This document shows positions 49,301 to 60,760 of a stretch of DNA of 64,000 nucleotides, piece after piece (position 1 is the first letter of the stretch; every line of letters begins with the position of its first letter). This DNA is from Zootoca vivipara. Its lineage: Eukaryota. Made by a program: the position numbers and the translations under genes. Location: the NCBI RefSeq assembly GCF_963506605.1, contig NC_083276.1, positions 81,220,001-81,284,000 on the forward strand. The letters run 5' to 3'. The notes beneath the pieces are model-generated. The model made no database searches. It saw nothing but the letters and a program-made list of their open reading frames with translations, and was not told where the DNA came from.

Positions 49301-52300
49301 CTGAATTTTGTGGCACCCCTTTCAGTCAGCACCGGAGCCTAAATGGGTCAGCAGGGGACAGAGGGAGCCACCGGAATAGCCACCAGGAGCAGATCAGGAA
49401 GGACCCTTACGCCAATCTCATGCTGCAGCGGGAAAAGGACTGGGTGTCCAAGATCCAGATGATGCAACTGCAAAGCACTGATCCATACCTGGATGACTTC
49501 TACTATCAGGTTGGTGCTTCATGGAGGCCCATTGTAGCACTCTGCTTCTTGTCTTGCTGGGGACAACTTTCCAGTCTTGGGTTAAAGGGTGCTGTGCCTC
49601 TAGACTTCTAACCAGCTTTCTCTTCCTTTAGAACTATTTTCAGAAGCTAGAAAAATTATCTGCAGCTGAGGAAATGCATGGGGATGGTCCCAAAAAAGAG
49701 CGCACCAAACTAATCACCCCACAAGTTGCCAAGTTAGAGCATGCCTACAAGCCAGGTAAGTACCTTTGTGCACCAAGGACTGATCTGAATGCATGCAGCA
49801 GGAGGAATAACTAGAATCCAGATGTGGAAGGGTGGACTGTGCTACTTCAGCCTTGCATGGGGTGGGGTGGGCAAAGAATGCCCTGCAAATAGAAAAATAG
49901 CACATGGCGAGACGTGTTCCTTGTTGTGCTAACCTTTTATTCACGTGGTGTCTTTAGTATGGAGGAGCATTAGAAATGTACTCTCCTCCCTCCTGCTACT
50001 TGTTAGGAGTGATTTAACCTGTTCTGCTCCCTCAGGATTTTACCATCTCATTCTGCTGCATATGAAATTTTCACCCTATATACCATTCCAGGGCTGGGGA
50101 GTAAATGAAGGCAAGCTTAGACACAGCAAGGAACAGATTGCCTTGTAGGTCTGCATGTATTTGAGCCCCAAATATAGCCTCATTTCCTAGATGGTTGATA
50201 AGGAAGGCACAGTTTGGTTGATGGAGTGAAAATGTAATCGGGAAGAGATGGGGACAGTAGAACTTTGTGTAGCAATAGCATGTTAGGGCAAGTAGGTTCG
50301 CTCATGCAATTTCACCTGCATTGCCTTTTCTTTATGCTTGCAGTGCAGTTTGAAGGCTCACTGGGGAAGCTCACAGTCTCCAGTGTGAATAACCCCCGCA
50401 AGATGATTGATGCCGTTGTGACGTTACGAGGGGAAGAAGACGTAAGTTTCTCTGGTTAGGATTACTTGGGCTCCCTCCATGGATAGTGTAAAGCTATGGG
50501 TTTGTCATCTTTCTTCTCAAATATGGGCCCGTTGTCAAACCTTGCTCCTGCTCAGGTTGCAGAGGGGAACTTTCCTGTTCAGTGGCAACTTTTCTTAGCA
50601 TGCCTTGCACTCTTCCTTAGGAGACAAAGGAGAAGCAGGTTCGAGATAAAAGGCGCCAGACTCTCTTCACTATTGAGAAGGTAAGTCTGAGACTTTGGTG
50701 CATTCTCCCTGGAAAGCAGGAATCATCCAGTACAAGGTTAAAGGGAGGCTACTAACTCAGCCCTTAGTGGTTAAACTGGTGGCAGCGCAGTTTAACCATG
50801 ACGGGTTATGCCATCTTGGATTTAGAATAGAGAGGCTACTGTTGAAATCACTTGTACATCCTTTTGGTGGTTTAACCATGATTACTGCTTCTATTTGCTG
50901 TCTGTTTCCTACTTAGTATAGTTTCCTTTTAAATGAAGTTAATGAAGGGAGAACTTTCTGACACTGAGCTGGAATGGACTCCCTCAGAAGGTGGTGGACT
51001 CTCCTTCGTTGGAGGTTTTTAAGCAGAGGTTGGATGGCCATCCATCTGGGATGCTTTGGTTGAGATTCCTGCATTGCGGAGGGTTGGACTAGATGGCCTT
51101 CGGGGTCCCTTCCAGCTCTACAATTCTATCATTCTAATTATCTGACTTGGCCTGCAGCAGTCAAGTCTAAAGCTTTGGGGGAAGGTGGGGAGATGGCACA
51201 GCCTACCCATTCATCAGTGTTATTCAGGCATTAGAACTGTAGTCCTATAAGGAGTGTCATATGGCATTGAGTTTAGATGCATGTCTAAAGCCCATTTCTT
51301 GATTACTAGACATACAGCCTCCTCCTGGATGTAGAAGACTATGAGAGGCGCTACCTTTTGAGCCTGGAGGGCGACAGGCTGGCTTTGATGGAGGAGAGGA
51401 AGCAGAAGATCTGTGACATGTATGACAACCTGAAGGGGAAAATGCCCAACCAGGAAAGGTAAGAGTAAGATTCTTGTATACAATTCCAAAAAGAAAATAG
51501 TTCCTCCCAATTTGACAGACAGATATTTGGGTGCACAAGTGACTGTAGGGGGAATTAGTGACAATTGGCCTCTCCCCTGATTCCACAGACAGGGGAGCAT
51601 CACATGAACAGAATTCTAAGTGGGATGCCCCACTAGCAGAAGCCTAGATAGACAGGATTATCTGTTTCCTTACTGATACTGGCCAGTATTGGGGCTCATG
51701 GAATAAGCACTGCAAGAATAAAAGTTTCAAAAACTAGTTGGTACAGATTAGCTTCTGGAGGGAAATGGGATGGCAAACCACACTTGACAAACTGTTTCCA
51801 AGATATTAGGACAGACTATTTGGTAATAAACTTAGTGTCATTCCCCGCTTCCTCACTTAGGCTTCTTGTTTTAGCAGCCTGCTAGCCTGTGGTGGGGACA
51901 CAACTGTAGCCTCCTCCATAATTACCCCTCACTTCTAGGTTGTGAAGTGGATGTTCCCCCTTAGAGTGCCATACCTGGCCCAGGGAGCACCCTGTTGCCA
52001 ACCCAATATGATTTTAAAGCTGTTTCGACTCAAAATAATTATTTGACCTTAATGAGGTTACTGCTCCCGATGAAATGGTCTCTGAAGACTTTCTGGGTGT
52101 TTGGAAGAACTCTATGTAGGTTGCTAGATGCCGTACCTTCATGAAGAGTGTTGTGGCTGTGGGCAAGGCTTTCAAAGCTACGCCAGCTCTGCATGCCACT
52201 TAGAGAGGAAGTTCGGTGGGGGAGAAGAATCATATGCTCTGGCGCCACCTAACAATAAGTTGTGTGCTCTTTTCTGGCAGACTGTGTGATGATGCTTTTG

Positions 52301-55300
52301 TGCAGATCATGTGTATTCGGAAAGGAAAACGTCTGGTTGCCCGGATCCTACCTTTCTTGTCCACTGAGCAAGCCGCTGATATACTTATGGCCACAGCCAG
52401 GAACTTGCCATTCCTAATTAAGAAGGATGCTCAGGATGAGGTAAACACTGCTGAAGAGAGGCCACTAAGGAGTTGTCTTGAGTGTTACAGGAATGGAAGT
52501 GTTCACCTGCATAACTAATGCCTTCTCTTACTAAAGTAAGAGGAAAATACAGTAGTCCTGCTTGTGTTTGTTAGGATTAGTCTTTTTTGGGATTGACTAG
52601 GGCAGGCATCCCCAAACTGCGGCCCTCCAGATGTCTTGGTTTACAACTCCCACAATCCCTAGCCCAGGGGTCCCCAGACTTACCGCGCGGCGGGCCGGTG
52701 CCCGCCGCGCCGACCGCGCAGTGGGCCGAAGGGCAGGGGAGTGCGCGCGCAGCGGGCCAGAGGGCGGGGGAGTGTGCGCCCGTGCGCATGCGCACACGCA
52801 CGGGGAAAAAATCGCCGAAAATCGCTTGTGCGCATGCGTATGGCCCTCCCCCGACCCGGAAGTGCACCAGAAATGACCTCTTCCGGGTCGGGAGAGGCCC
52901 ATACGCATGCGCACAAAGGATTTTCGGCGATTTTTTGCCGGTTTTTTAGATCGTCGCTGCGCCGCGCGCCGTGAGAGCGGGCGGCGGCAGCGGGCGGCGG
53001 GGGTCGTCGCGGGCCGGATTGGAAGGCCGATTGGGCCGCATCCGGCCCGGGGGCCGTAGTTTGGGGACCCCTGCCCTAGCCTAACAGGACCAGTGGTTGG
53101 AGAAGATGGGGATTGTAGTCCAAAACATCTGGAGGGCCAAAGTTTGGGGGTGCCTGGACTAGGGTCTTTCAACAAAATAACTAAGGCTACAGTCCTATGC
53201 ATACCTGGGTGTAAGCCCCATTGAACTTAGCAAGACTTAAACATAGGAATCCTCTATAAATGTCTGCAGTGTTTCAATAATTTCCGTGCTGTACATTATG
53301 ACAGCCATGGTTTTACAGATTCCAGCTCCTGTTGGCAGTCTCCCTTGATAAATCTGGAGAGGCCAAAGCCACAAATAGAGCACATCTCTTCTTCCAGTCG
53401 TCCCATCTCCTTCCTAGTCTTTTAAAGTGAGGTGTTAGCTAGCATTTGTAAGAAAGTTGATAACATGTTTAAGTACCAGAGGCATAAACCTGAGAATGTA
53501 CCGTGTGTATCAAGACAAAGGCCGATAAAAGTTCAAGAAACCAGTTAGAAAGTGGCTGTCTTTAAAGGGTAGGAAAATGGAGATGGAGTCTGTTTCTCCC
53601 ACTTTAAACTTCTATTTATTCATTATACCCCACTGTTTGAGGAACTTTCTCCAGAAAGCAGCTTAGTTTCTATTAAAAAAAAACCCATTTCCACCTGATA
53701 ATAAAATATAAAAAGTACCAGATACAATACAATGAACAATAAACCAGTGTTTAAAAAACAAAAATTAAGTGCTATAGCAACGCTATCCACAGCACTCAGC
53801 ATCATAGCTGCCAAGTTATCCCTTTTTTACAGGGATTTTCCCTTATGCTGAATAGGCTTCCTCGCGAGAAAAGGGAAAACTTGGCAGCTATGCTCAGCAT
53901 AAAGGAGTTTTATTGCAATATATTAATGATTAGACTAGACTCAGAAATTAGGATGTCGGTCTCTGGTATGGAGCATGCTTCTTGTCCTGTGACAAAAGCA
54001 TGGCCCTTTTAAAAACCTTTTCCCCAGGTGCTACCCTGCCTATTGAGGCCCTTCTCCCTTGTTCTCTATCATCTTCCAATGGGAACTGTCGCCAGCATCC
54101 TGCAGCAGCTAATGAACCTACCTCAGAGCACGACGACGACAGCATCAGCCAACCCGCACCTCACAAATGTGCTCCAGAACAAGGTTTCTTCTCTTTACTC
54201 CACTTTTATCAGTGCTTAGTGTACCACTAGACTTTTTTTTACGGCTAGGCATTACTTTAGGATAGAGGAGATGTTAATGATGAGGCTTTAAAGGCACAGC
54301 TGCTTACAAAGATTTGCTAGGATGTAAGAAGTGCCCTTGCTCCCTCACCTGAATGAAGCTCTGGAGTTCCTAGGCACCTGTTCCTATGCAGCTGTTCTCA
54401 CATCTCTTGATTTATGATATCAGTTTCTTTTCTTTTGCCCTGTCTCTTCTGTGCAGCTGAGCATTTTACGTTTTTGAAAAAAAACAGATCGACCCTTTTA
54501 ATTCTAAATGGAGATTTAGTCATTATTTAAAGTAATATGGACTTAACTGGGGCATAACCTTTTACTGGAGGTGTACATAGGGTTGCAGTGTTAATTTTCC
54601 TTTCTGTTCCCACCCCCTTCTACTCCAGTTTGGCCTCTCTTTGCTGTACTTGGTCTTGAGCCGTGGGGAGGAACTGCAGAGTTCAGATTCTACTACAGAT
54701 CTCTTGCAAGACAACCAGTGGTGAGTCTGAGCAGCCCGGCATTTCATGTGTCTACTTTTCAAATGTATTTCTTCAAAAATGAAATATTTTGAGTTTGACT
54801 TTCAAACAAATGCAGATAATCCACAATAGTAAGTGAAGACTAGTTTGCATAGTTTCTGGTACATGTTGGTAGCACATGAGAAGCAAGTTATTTAGCTCTA
54901 GTTTGCATAATTCCCCCCCTTGATTCCATATGGTTACAGTTGCCATTGCTGTACTGCATGTGGGGTGGAGTGCGGAGACATTTTGTTGCTCTTGTCTGTT
55001 TTTTGCCCTTCTTTCAGTGCACATTTTGTCTTTGCCACCATCCTGGCTGTGTTTGCTTGGTGAGGGGGAAAGCACTCTGTATATACTCAAAACACTCAAA
55101 GCAGGTTCTTTAGCTGATAAGTTGAGGCTGGTAGTCCTTGCTTTGAAGTTTGCCTAGAGAAGGGCTCACCATGTGCTTAAGAGCCTGTCAAATTTCACCT
55201 AGGAGTTGGGCAGCAAGCTTGAAGCTCTGGTGATTTTGTACTGTAGAACTTAAGGATTAAGTATACTTGGACCTGTTCTCTTCATCTCAGCCATATAGCA

Positions 55301-57127
55301 TGTGAGAGCCATACTGTAGTTTATTTATTACATTTATGAACCTTCCTTGAGAAGAATACCTTGAGAAGAGGAAGGAGCTTTTTTATCTTAAAATTGCTGG
55401 GAACAGCAGAGGGGGAGGCAGAAAGCTGCAGCATCCTCTTCTGAAAGTCTAGCGCTGTGACCATTTACTGTAAATACCCACATTGGTAGGTTTCTCTCCT
55501 CCTGTCTCATCCTTGAAAAAGATCAGTAGCTGGAATATTGATCATGGCTTTTTTAGTGTCTCCTAGAGCTGTCAAGGTTACTTCCTGATTATTTTTGTAG
55601 CTCCAGAGGACTCTTAGCTGTCTTCCGTAAACCTGAATCACTGTATTCCTTTCTGCCCTTTCAGCCTCCTTTAATATCAAATGGGATCAGGATAAGGAAA
55701 GAACTTTCCCAGATGGTCTCATGTTTGCCGTTTCCTTACCAACTGGTAGTCAAATCTAAGTTGTGGCCAAAGACAAATGTTCTGAAAGCAGTGCCCCTGT
55801 TGAATTGATCAAGTTTGACTTTAGAACAGTGTCGTGTGGTGTGAAGTACTGTCAAACTTGCTGTGTCCATCCTTGTTTCCTAAAATATCTGTCAACATGG
55901 GGTGATTGTCTCTTATCTCCCAGTAGTAAATGTCATCTATTTTTTACGGTAAAAACATTTTACCTGCTCTACATTGCAAATACAATTCTAGAGTGGGTTA
56001 CAGATTTAATCCTATGATGTGGTAGGCATGTAAACTCAAGCGCCTCTCTTGACAAACCTCCACTTCCATGCCCTGCACCACACTCTGTGCAAGCCATTCT
56101 TACAATGACCATTACCTCCTTGTCTCTGGCAGGACGGAACTCATGTTCATGGCAACCAGAGAGCTTCTCCGGATTCCTCAAGCAGCCTTGGCCAAGCCAG
56201 TGTCCACCCCCTCTAATCTCCTGTCTCTCTTCTCTCGCTATGTTGATCAGCAGAAACTAAATGTGCTAGAGACAAAGTTGCAGTAAGTATTGTCATGTTA
56301 TCCGCACAATAATAGAAGTCAGGCATGGAAATGGAGAATAGGGAGGAGATATTGTGTCTCCAATATATATAATTATATATATAAATATATTAAACGGAGA
56401 AAAGTGGAGAAGATACTGCTGTGCCACTGATTCTCACATTTGCAGTAGTTCCACAGTAAGGGCTAATAGTTGGAAGTACACTAATAAGGAGTGGCTGGAA
56501 TGAGACTTCTGTGTCGGTTCACCAACTGTTGTAGTAGTTTTTTGTAATATTTAAGTTTTGAGGAAGCTGTCTGTCAGGGTTGGGGAACCTGTCGTTCTTA
56601 GTAAGGAATAATTTATTGGCCAAGTACCAAACATACTTGGAATTTTGCTTCGACTACATTGCAATGTACTTACCTTATACAAACACTGTTCCACTCATAA
56701 TACAATAGCACAGCAAATGATGTTTGCTGTGGTCCAGCACAATTCTTCAGATATTACTGGATTCCAACTCCTATCGGCTCCAGCCGGCATAGCCCAGGCT
56801 TTCTCAACTTTGGATGTTGCTGGGCTGTAACTCCTATCATTCCTAGCCAGCATGGTTAGTGATCAGGGATAATAGCAGTTGTAGTTCAAGAACATCTGGG
56901 AACACAATGTTGAGAAAAGCTGCTGTATAGCTAGTTGTCATGAATCATGAGGTGTATTCCAGCAGTACTTGGACGTCCACAGATTCCTCACCCCTTTTAT
57001 ATGGATACGAAACAAAATTGAGTTAGGGGGGAAAAAGGAATCTGGCTGCAGTAGCTAGAAAGATTACGCAATCTTTACAGTTCTTCCTGCTTTCTTCTGT
57101 TTCAGGTTAATTCAAGGAATACGATAG
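37075..57127 (+). CDS. PATL1: Protein PAT1 homolog 1 (decapping activator, P-body scaffold); 19 coding exons, 2298 nt, 765 aa
   Basis: All introns are GT-AG and exon phases join into one frame. Translation [16 protein letters not shown]...DQFNDDTFG...[37 protein letters not shown]...LETKLQLIQGIR* matches vertebrate PATL1. Confidence 0.97.
37700..37765 (-). mobile_element. CR1 3' terminal fragment
   Basis: AGAATCATAGAGTTGGAAG...CAACCCCCTG. Confidence 0.75.
39368..40184 (-). mobile_element. L1-like 3' insertion with nested BovB tail (39417-39487)
   Basis: 19-bp TSD ctggaatagttcacttttg; inner 11-bp TSD ttttgcatatt. Confidence 0.8.
41905..42050 (+). mobile_element. Penelope-like pLTR with inverted 5' piece and hammerhead motif (41961-41996)
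   Basis: GTAGCCGTGTTGGTCTG...TTCAGAT joined to ATCTGAAGAAGTGTGCATGCACACGAAAGCTCATACC. Confidence 0.82.
42751..42983. mobile_element. CpG-rich Tigger-like MITE
   Basis: TA-CAGTAATACCTTGGGTTACGA ... TCGTAACCCGAGGTACGACTG-TA. Confidence 0.9.
44042..44153 (+). CDS. PATL1: PATL1 exon 2
   Basis: [11 protein letters not shown]...[10 protein letters not shown]; AG/GTGAGT. Confidence 0.95.
44530..44744 (+). CDS. PATL1: PATL1 exon 3
   Basis: [16 protein letters not shown]...QTRPPVQ. Confidence 0.95.
44870..44947 (+). CDS. PATL1: PATL1 exon 4
   Basis: [26 protein letters not shown]. Confidence 0.92.
45212..45406 (+). CDS. PATL1: PATL1 exon 5
   Basis: [17 protein letters not shown]...PNFNQQ. Confidence 0.95.
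45984..46085 (+). CDS. PATL1: PATL1 exon 6
   Basis: [10 protein letters not shown]...[12 protein letters not shown]. Confidence 0.93.
46888..46977 (+). CDS. PATL1: PATL1 exon 7
   Basis: [11 protein letters not shown]...QLLGGAQ. Confidence 0.95.
47036..47173. mobile_element. Old hAT MITE
   Basis: CAGGGGTGGGGGACCTGTGGC ... GCCACAGGCTCCTAACTCCTG. Confidence 0.7.
47372..47577 (+). CDS. PATL1: PATL1 exon 8
   Basis: [12 protein letters not shown]...[13 protein letters not shown]...HLQNL. Confidence 0.93.
47675..47764 (+). CDS. PATL1: PATL1 exon 9
   Basis: [29 protein letters not shown]. Confidence 0.95.
49038..49283. mobile_element. Tigger-like MITE
   Basis: TA-CAGTGGTACCTTGGTTCTCGAA ... TTCGGGAACCAAGGTTCCACTG-TA. 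Confidence 0.9.
49326..49509 (+). CDS. PATL1: PATL1 exon 10
   Basis: QHRSLNG...[15 protein letters not shown]...DDFYYQ. Confidence 0.95.
49632..49755 (+). CDS. PATL1: PATL1 exon 11
   Basis: [14 protein letters not shown]...[16 protein letters not shown]. Confidence 0.95.
50344..50441 (+). CDS. PATL1: PATL1 exon 12
   Basis: [26 protein letters not shown]. Confidence 0.95.
50621..50680 (+). CDS. PATL1: PATL1 exon 13
   Basis: [20 protein letters not shown]. Confidence 0.95.
50970..51135 (+). mobile_element. CR1 3' end
   Basis: GGGTTGGACTAGATG...CCCTTCCAGCTCTACAATTCTATCATTCTA. Confidence 0.85.
51310..51458 (+). CDS. PATL1: PATL1 exon 14
   Basis: [20 protein letters not shown]...GKMPNQE. Confidence 0.95.
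52281..52440 (+). CDS. PATL1: PATL1 exon 15
   Basis: [25 protein letters not shown]...KKDAQDE. Confidence 0.95.
52603..53156. mobile_element. hAT MITE (TSD gactaggg) with nested CpG-rich hAT MITE 52665-53073 (TSD ccctagcc)
   Basis: Both 8-bp TSDs and both TIR pairs are visible. Confidence 0.93.
53803..53892. mobile_element. 90-bp hAT MITE
   Basis: TIR CATAGCTGCCAAGTT; 8-bp TSD ctcagcat. Confidence 0.9.
54028..54183 (+). CDS. PATL1: PATL1 exon 16
   Basis: [17 protein letters not shown]...[11 protein letters not shown]; weak donor GTTTCT. Confidence 0.93.
54629..54720 (+). CDS. PATL1: PATL1 exon 17
   Basis: [20 protein letters not shown]...DNQ. Confidence 0.95.
56133..56282 (+). CDS. PATL1: PATL1 exon 18
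   Basis: [22 protein letters not shown]...LETKL. Confidence 0.95.
57106..57127 (+). CDS. PATL1: PATL1 exon 19, coding part (LIQGIR*)
   Basis: Acceptor tttcAG; TAG at 57125-57127. Confidence 0.93.
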
Positions 57128-58279
57128 AAGGCCTCAAACTGCTGCCACGCTGGTCTCCATCACTGCTGCCACCTCCAGAGTATTTTAGTGGGTGAAGAGG
57201 AGGCAGTGCCTTCTCAGAATAAATCCTTGTGGGATTGTGTCTCTGGTCCAGCACAGAAGATTGCTCTCTTGCTCTGAGCTTGGCTGGGGATGTGCTTACC
57301 TTCTCCGCCCCTCATTGCTAGTTTGCAGTTCTGCATGTCCTTGCTGCATTGAATCACCCCAAGCCCCCCCCCCCCACTTTCCCCTTAGCACTTTCACAAT
57401 GGCTTTCCCTCCCTACAAAGACCCCTTTCTCCTCGGCGCACTACTGATGGACTAGCAAGGAAAGTTGTTCCACTTTCCTGACCCCCTTCACTAAGAACAC
57501 CAGCCTGGGTGGGAGGAAGAGAATAGTCCACATTTATTGCGGAAATGGAGAGACCTGTTGGTGTCTCCTTTATGTTGGGAGTGTTTTTAAATGATGGGAA
57601 GTCCCTCTGATTGGCCCACTGGTGACTCTGTCTCCCCACCTCTTCCAGTGCCAGATGTCTCAATATGGCATCGCCCAGTCCTGCAAACTGATCCGCCTTT
57701 TCTGAACCTTGTGATGAAGCAATGTCATCTTTGCACATTTGTCTAGTCTTCCTGAGACTCACTTTCTACCTGAGCTTTTTGTCTCTGACCTACACCTTGC
57801 TTCAAGCTCCAGCTGGCCAAGATCCCTTGTAGACTAACCAATAAGGTACCAGGAATGAATTTCCTGAACAGATTAAACTTAGTGAGTTTCAATATCATAC
57901 ACTGCTAAGTCCTGCTGTTTTCTTGCTCCTTTTTTTGGAATGTGGTGAGGTGTTTTTTTAAAAAATTCTTTCTTTGCTTTTAAAAACAATTTGCACATGT
58001 AGGTATTCTACAACCAGTAAATGCCTGTTACTAACTGGCTGCCTCTCCACAGTATTCTCCTTACACCTCCCTTAAATCCAGATTTCTAACTTACTTTCTC
58101 ACACCTTCCTTTTTCCTACAGCCTTTCAACCTTTCTTAATCCTTTTCCTCTACTCTTTACTCCTCTCCGTAAACACGATCAAGTGGTCCATTATTATTAT
58201 TATTATTATTGTGCTTTTACTTTTTGGTTTGGTTATGATTAATGAAATTTCTAAATTTACATTTTTATAGGGTATTGTA

Positions 58280-58285
58280 AATAAA
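58280..58285 (+). terminator. Likely PATL1 polyadenylation signal (second AATAAA at 58440-58445)
   Basis: AATAAA after a ~1.15-kb TE-free 3'UTR, followed by GT-rich sequence. Confidence 0.7.
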
Positions 58286-59631
58286 AAAAAATTCTATACT
58301 TGTGGAGAGTGTGCATAGTGTTCTGTGTATGGATTTTGCTTTTCTGTAAACTAGGGGGCTGTCTCATTCAGACCCAAACAGCAGGTGCATCCGTATGGGC
58401 TGCTGAAGCTTGACAAATCTAATATAGTAGTAAAGTGTGAATAAAGCCTCTAAGAAAAAGTAATTTTTTTTTGCAATAATCAGTTAAGTACATTGGTTTA
58501 GCTGGTACTATCCCGCATCAGTTCTCTTCATTTTTCCTCATAGCCATGGAATGGCTTGTTGGCAGGGATTAGAGCACACCTTGGCCCAGGAATTTGGTAT
58601 ATCCCTTGGAGCTGCACTTCAGGGTTTTATCCATTGCCGTATCTACTATGCTTAATTGTACTCAGGTACAGCTGTCTGTGTCAGGGCTGGGGAACCTTTG
58701 CCACCTCCAGATGTTGCTGAACTACAACTCCCAACAGCCTCAGCAAGCATGGCCAATGGCCAGGGATGATGAGCTGTAGCTTAACATCTGGAAAACCAGA
58801 GCTTTTTTTCAGCCAGAGCTCAGCTCTAGTATCTCTCAGGTGGGTGCCATTGCCATTCTAAAAGAACAAGAGAGAAGTTCATGGTGAGCTCCAGCACCAC
58901 TTTTGCTAGAAAAATAGCACTGTGGAGAGCCAAATGTTTCCTACCCCTAGTCTATATAAAGGTTTTTTTCTGCTGGGGGCTGCAGATTTCCCTTGGGAGA
59001 AATCTGAGAGCTAGAGTGGTCAGAATACCCTTTCTCCCCCCCTCCCTTCTCCTGTACCATTCTCTTCTGCCTTCAGGTTTTTCTCTTTGCCATCTGCATG
59101 AAATTAGGCCTTGCTCTAAGACTAGTTATATGTAGACAATGCTAGCTTTCATATTGCCCCATTAGTGTGTTTCAGTTTGTGTTCTTGGCTACCTTTAACA
59201 AAAAACACGATTTAAACATTTCTTGAGCTGCTTCTAAATGTTATGTTGCTAGGTGAGGATTAAGATACTGCCATTTTACTGTGAGGGGCAACAGTTACCT
59301 AAGCTTAAGGGAAACCAGCCCTTTTCCACAACATGTCAGCCAGCTCTTGCAGCAAAGAACAAATGAAATTGCTATTTAAGATTAACAAGGTTGGATTTAA
59401 AATGGTTTTTCTTGTAAGAAATTCAGGTGCAGGTTTATTAATAGTGGTAGGGCAACAATGGCCGTAAGAAAAATACATTAGAACAATTTTTTATTACTGC
59501 ATTTATATGTTGCCTTTCTGTGTGCACTTGAGGTGGTAACAATTTGAAATAACTTAAATAATAAAATGGAAAGATGGAGCAACCTAGCAGTTTCTCTCTC
59601 TCGAGGTTTGGGTAATCTATTCAGGAGGAAC

Positions 59632-59727
59632 AAAATAAAATAAAAAAATCCTTCTAGTAGCACCTTAGAGACCAACTAAGTTTGCCATTGGTATTAGCTT
59701 TCATGTGCATGCACACTTCTTCAGATA
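59632..59727 (-). mobile_element. Penelope-like pLTR fragment with hammerhead motif
   Basis: Same family as 7440 and 41905. Confidence 0.8.
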
Positions 59728-60289
59728 TTCAGGAGGAGAAAGTGCAGCAATTGCCACCGCCAGCTTAAGAGTTCACCACACTGGCCATTTCAATACTGTC
59801 ACCCAGTTTGGAACAATCCGATTGGAACGCTTCACAATCTGTTTTACCACCCTGAATAATTTGATGTCTTAAGCAAACGTGGTTATCCCTAACTATATTG
59901 TGTAAAAAGCACCAACCTCAAGAGATCCTTGTGCCTCCCACTTTCCTTTACCAAGAACTCACAATTTTATTCCTACTGATCCATAGGGGAGCTGGTCCTG
60001 TTAGCCCAGGACTAACAATGCCAGCAGGATTATCCCCATAAGGTATACATTTTTGCAGCCACATATTTGAGCTCCTACGTAAGCCAATTTTTGGAGGAAT
60101 AAGACCTAAATACATTGGCTTGAAAGTTAAGTTCTTAAGACCGAGCTGGCAGACAATTTGGGGCCAGAACCTTAAGTGAGGCTGCAATCTTATGCTCGCC
60201 CCTGGAACTCGGTAGACCTGTGTCCTGGTAAACAGGCACAGGATTGGGCTGCAAGGGTGCAAATGGCATTGGGTCTGGAGCTCTGGCTC

Positions 60290-60760
60290 GTCTTCACAGG
60301 CGCCCATTACCGTTGGCTCTCAAATGTCATTCGCCATCTAACCACAGAGCTCCCGTTCCACGATGACGTCAGAGATAGCGTCTTTGCAACGCCCCTCTCC
60401 ATGAGCTGCTTACTGGCTTTTACCTGCAAAGGACAAGAGAAGAAGCCAATAGGGAGCTGCGATAAAGAAACCTATTAGGAAGCGAACGACGACGCCTCAC
60501 CGGCCAATGTAGCGACAAGCCACGCCCCCTGGACATATTTGGACCAGTAGCAGCCGCGGAGGCGGTGCCAAGTGGGACTCCGGCCCCTGGAGTGGGCGTC
60601 GCTGCTAATGGGGAGGGTTGGGTGACGGCGCGACGCGCATCGTTTGGGGGGAGGGAGAAGCCAAGAAGGAGGGAGGCGCTCAGCCTCCGGCGGTTCCTGG
60701 TCTCTCGTTGGCCGAGGCAGTTCGGGGCTCGCGAAGGCGGCGGCGGTGCTGCGCGGTGCC
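60290..60760 (+). promoter_or_regulatory. OSBP CpG-island promoter / 5'UTR
   Basis: CRE TGACGTCA 60364-60371, CCAAT at 60446 and 60504, CCACGCCCC (Sp/KLF) at 60520; CpG-dense. Confidence 0.85.

Noticed and set aside
60504-60524. ER stress element (CCAAT-N9-CCACG) in the OSBP promoter
   Set aside because: Spacer is 11 nt, not the required 9.
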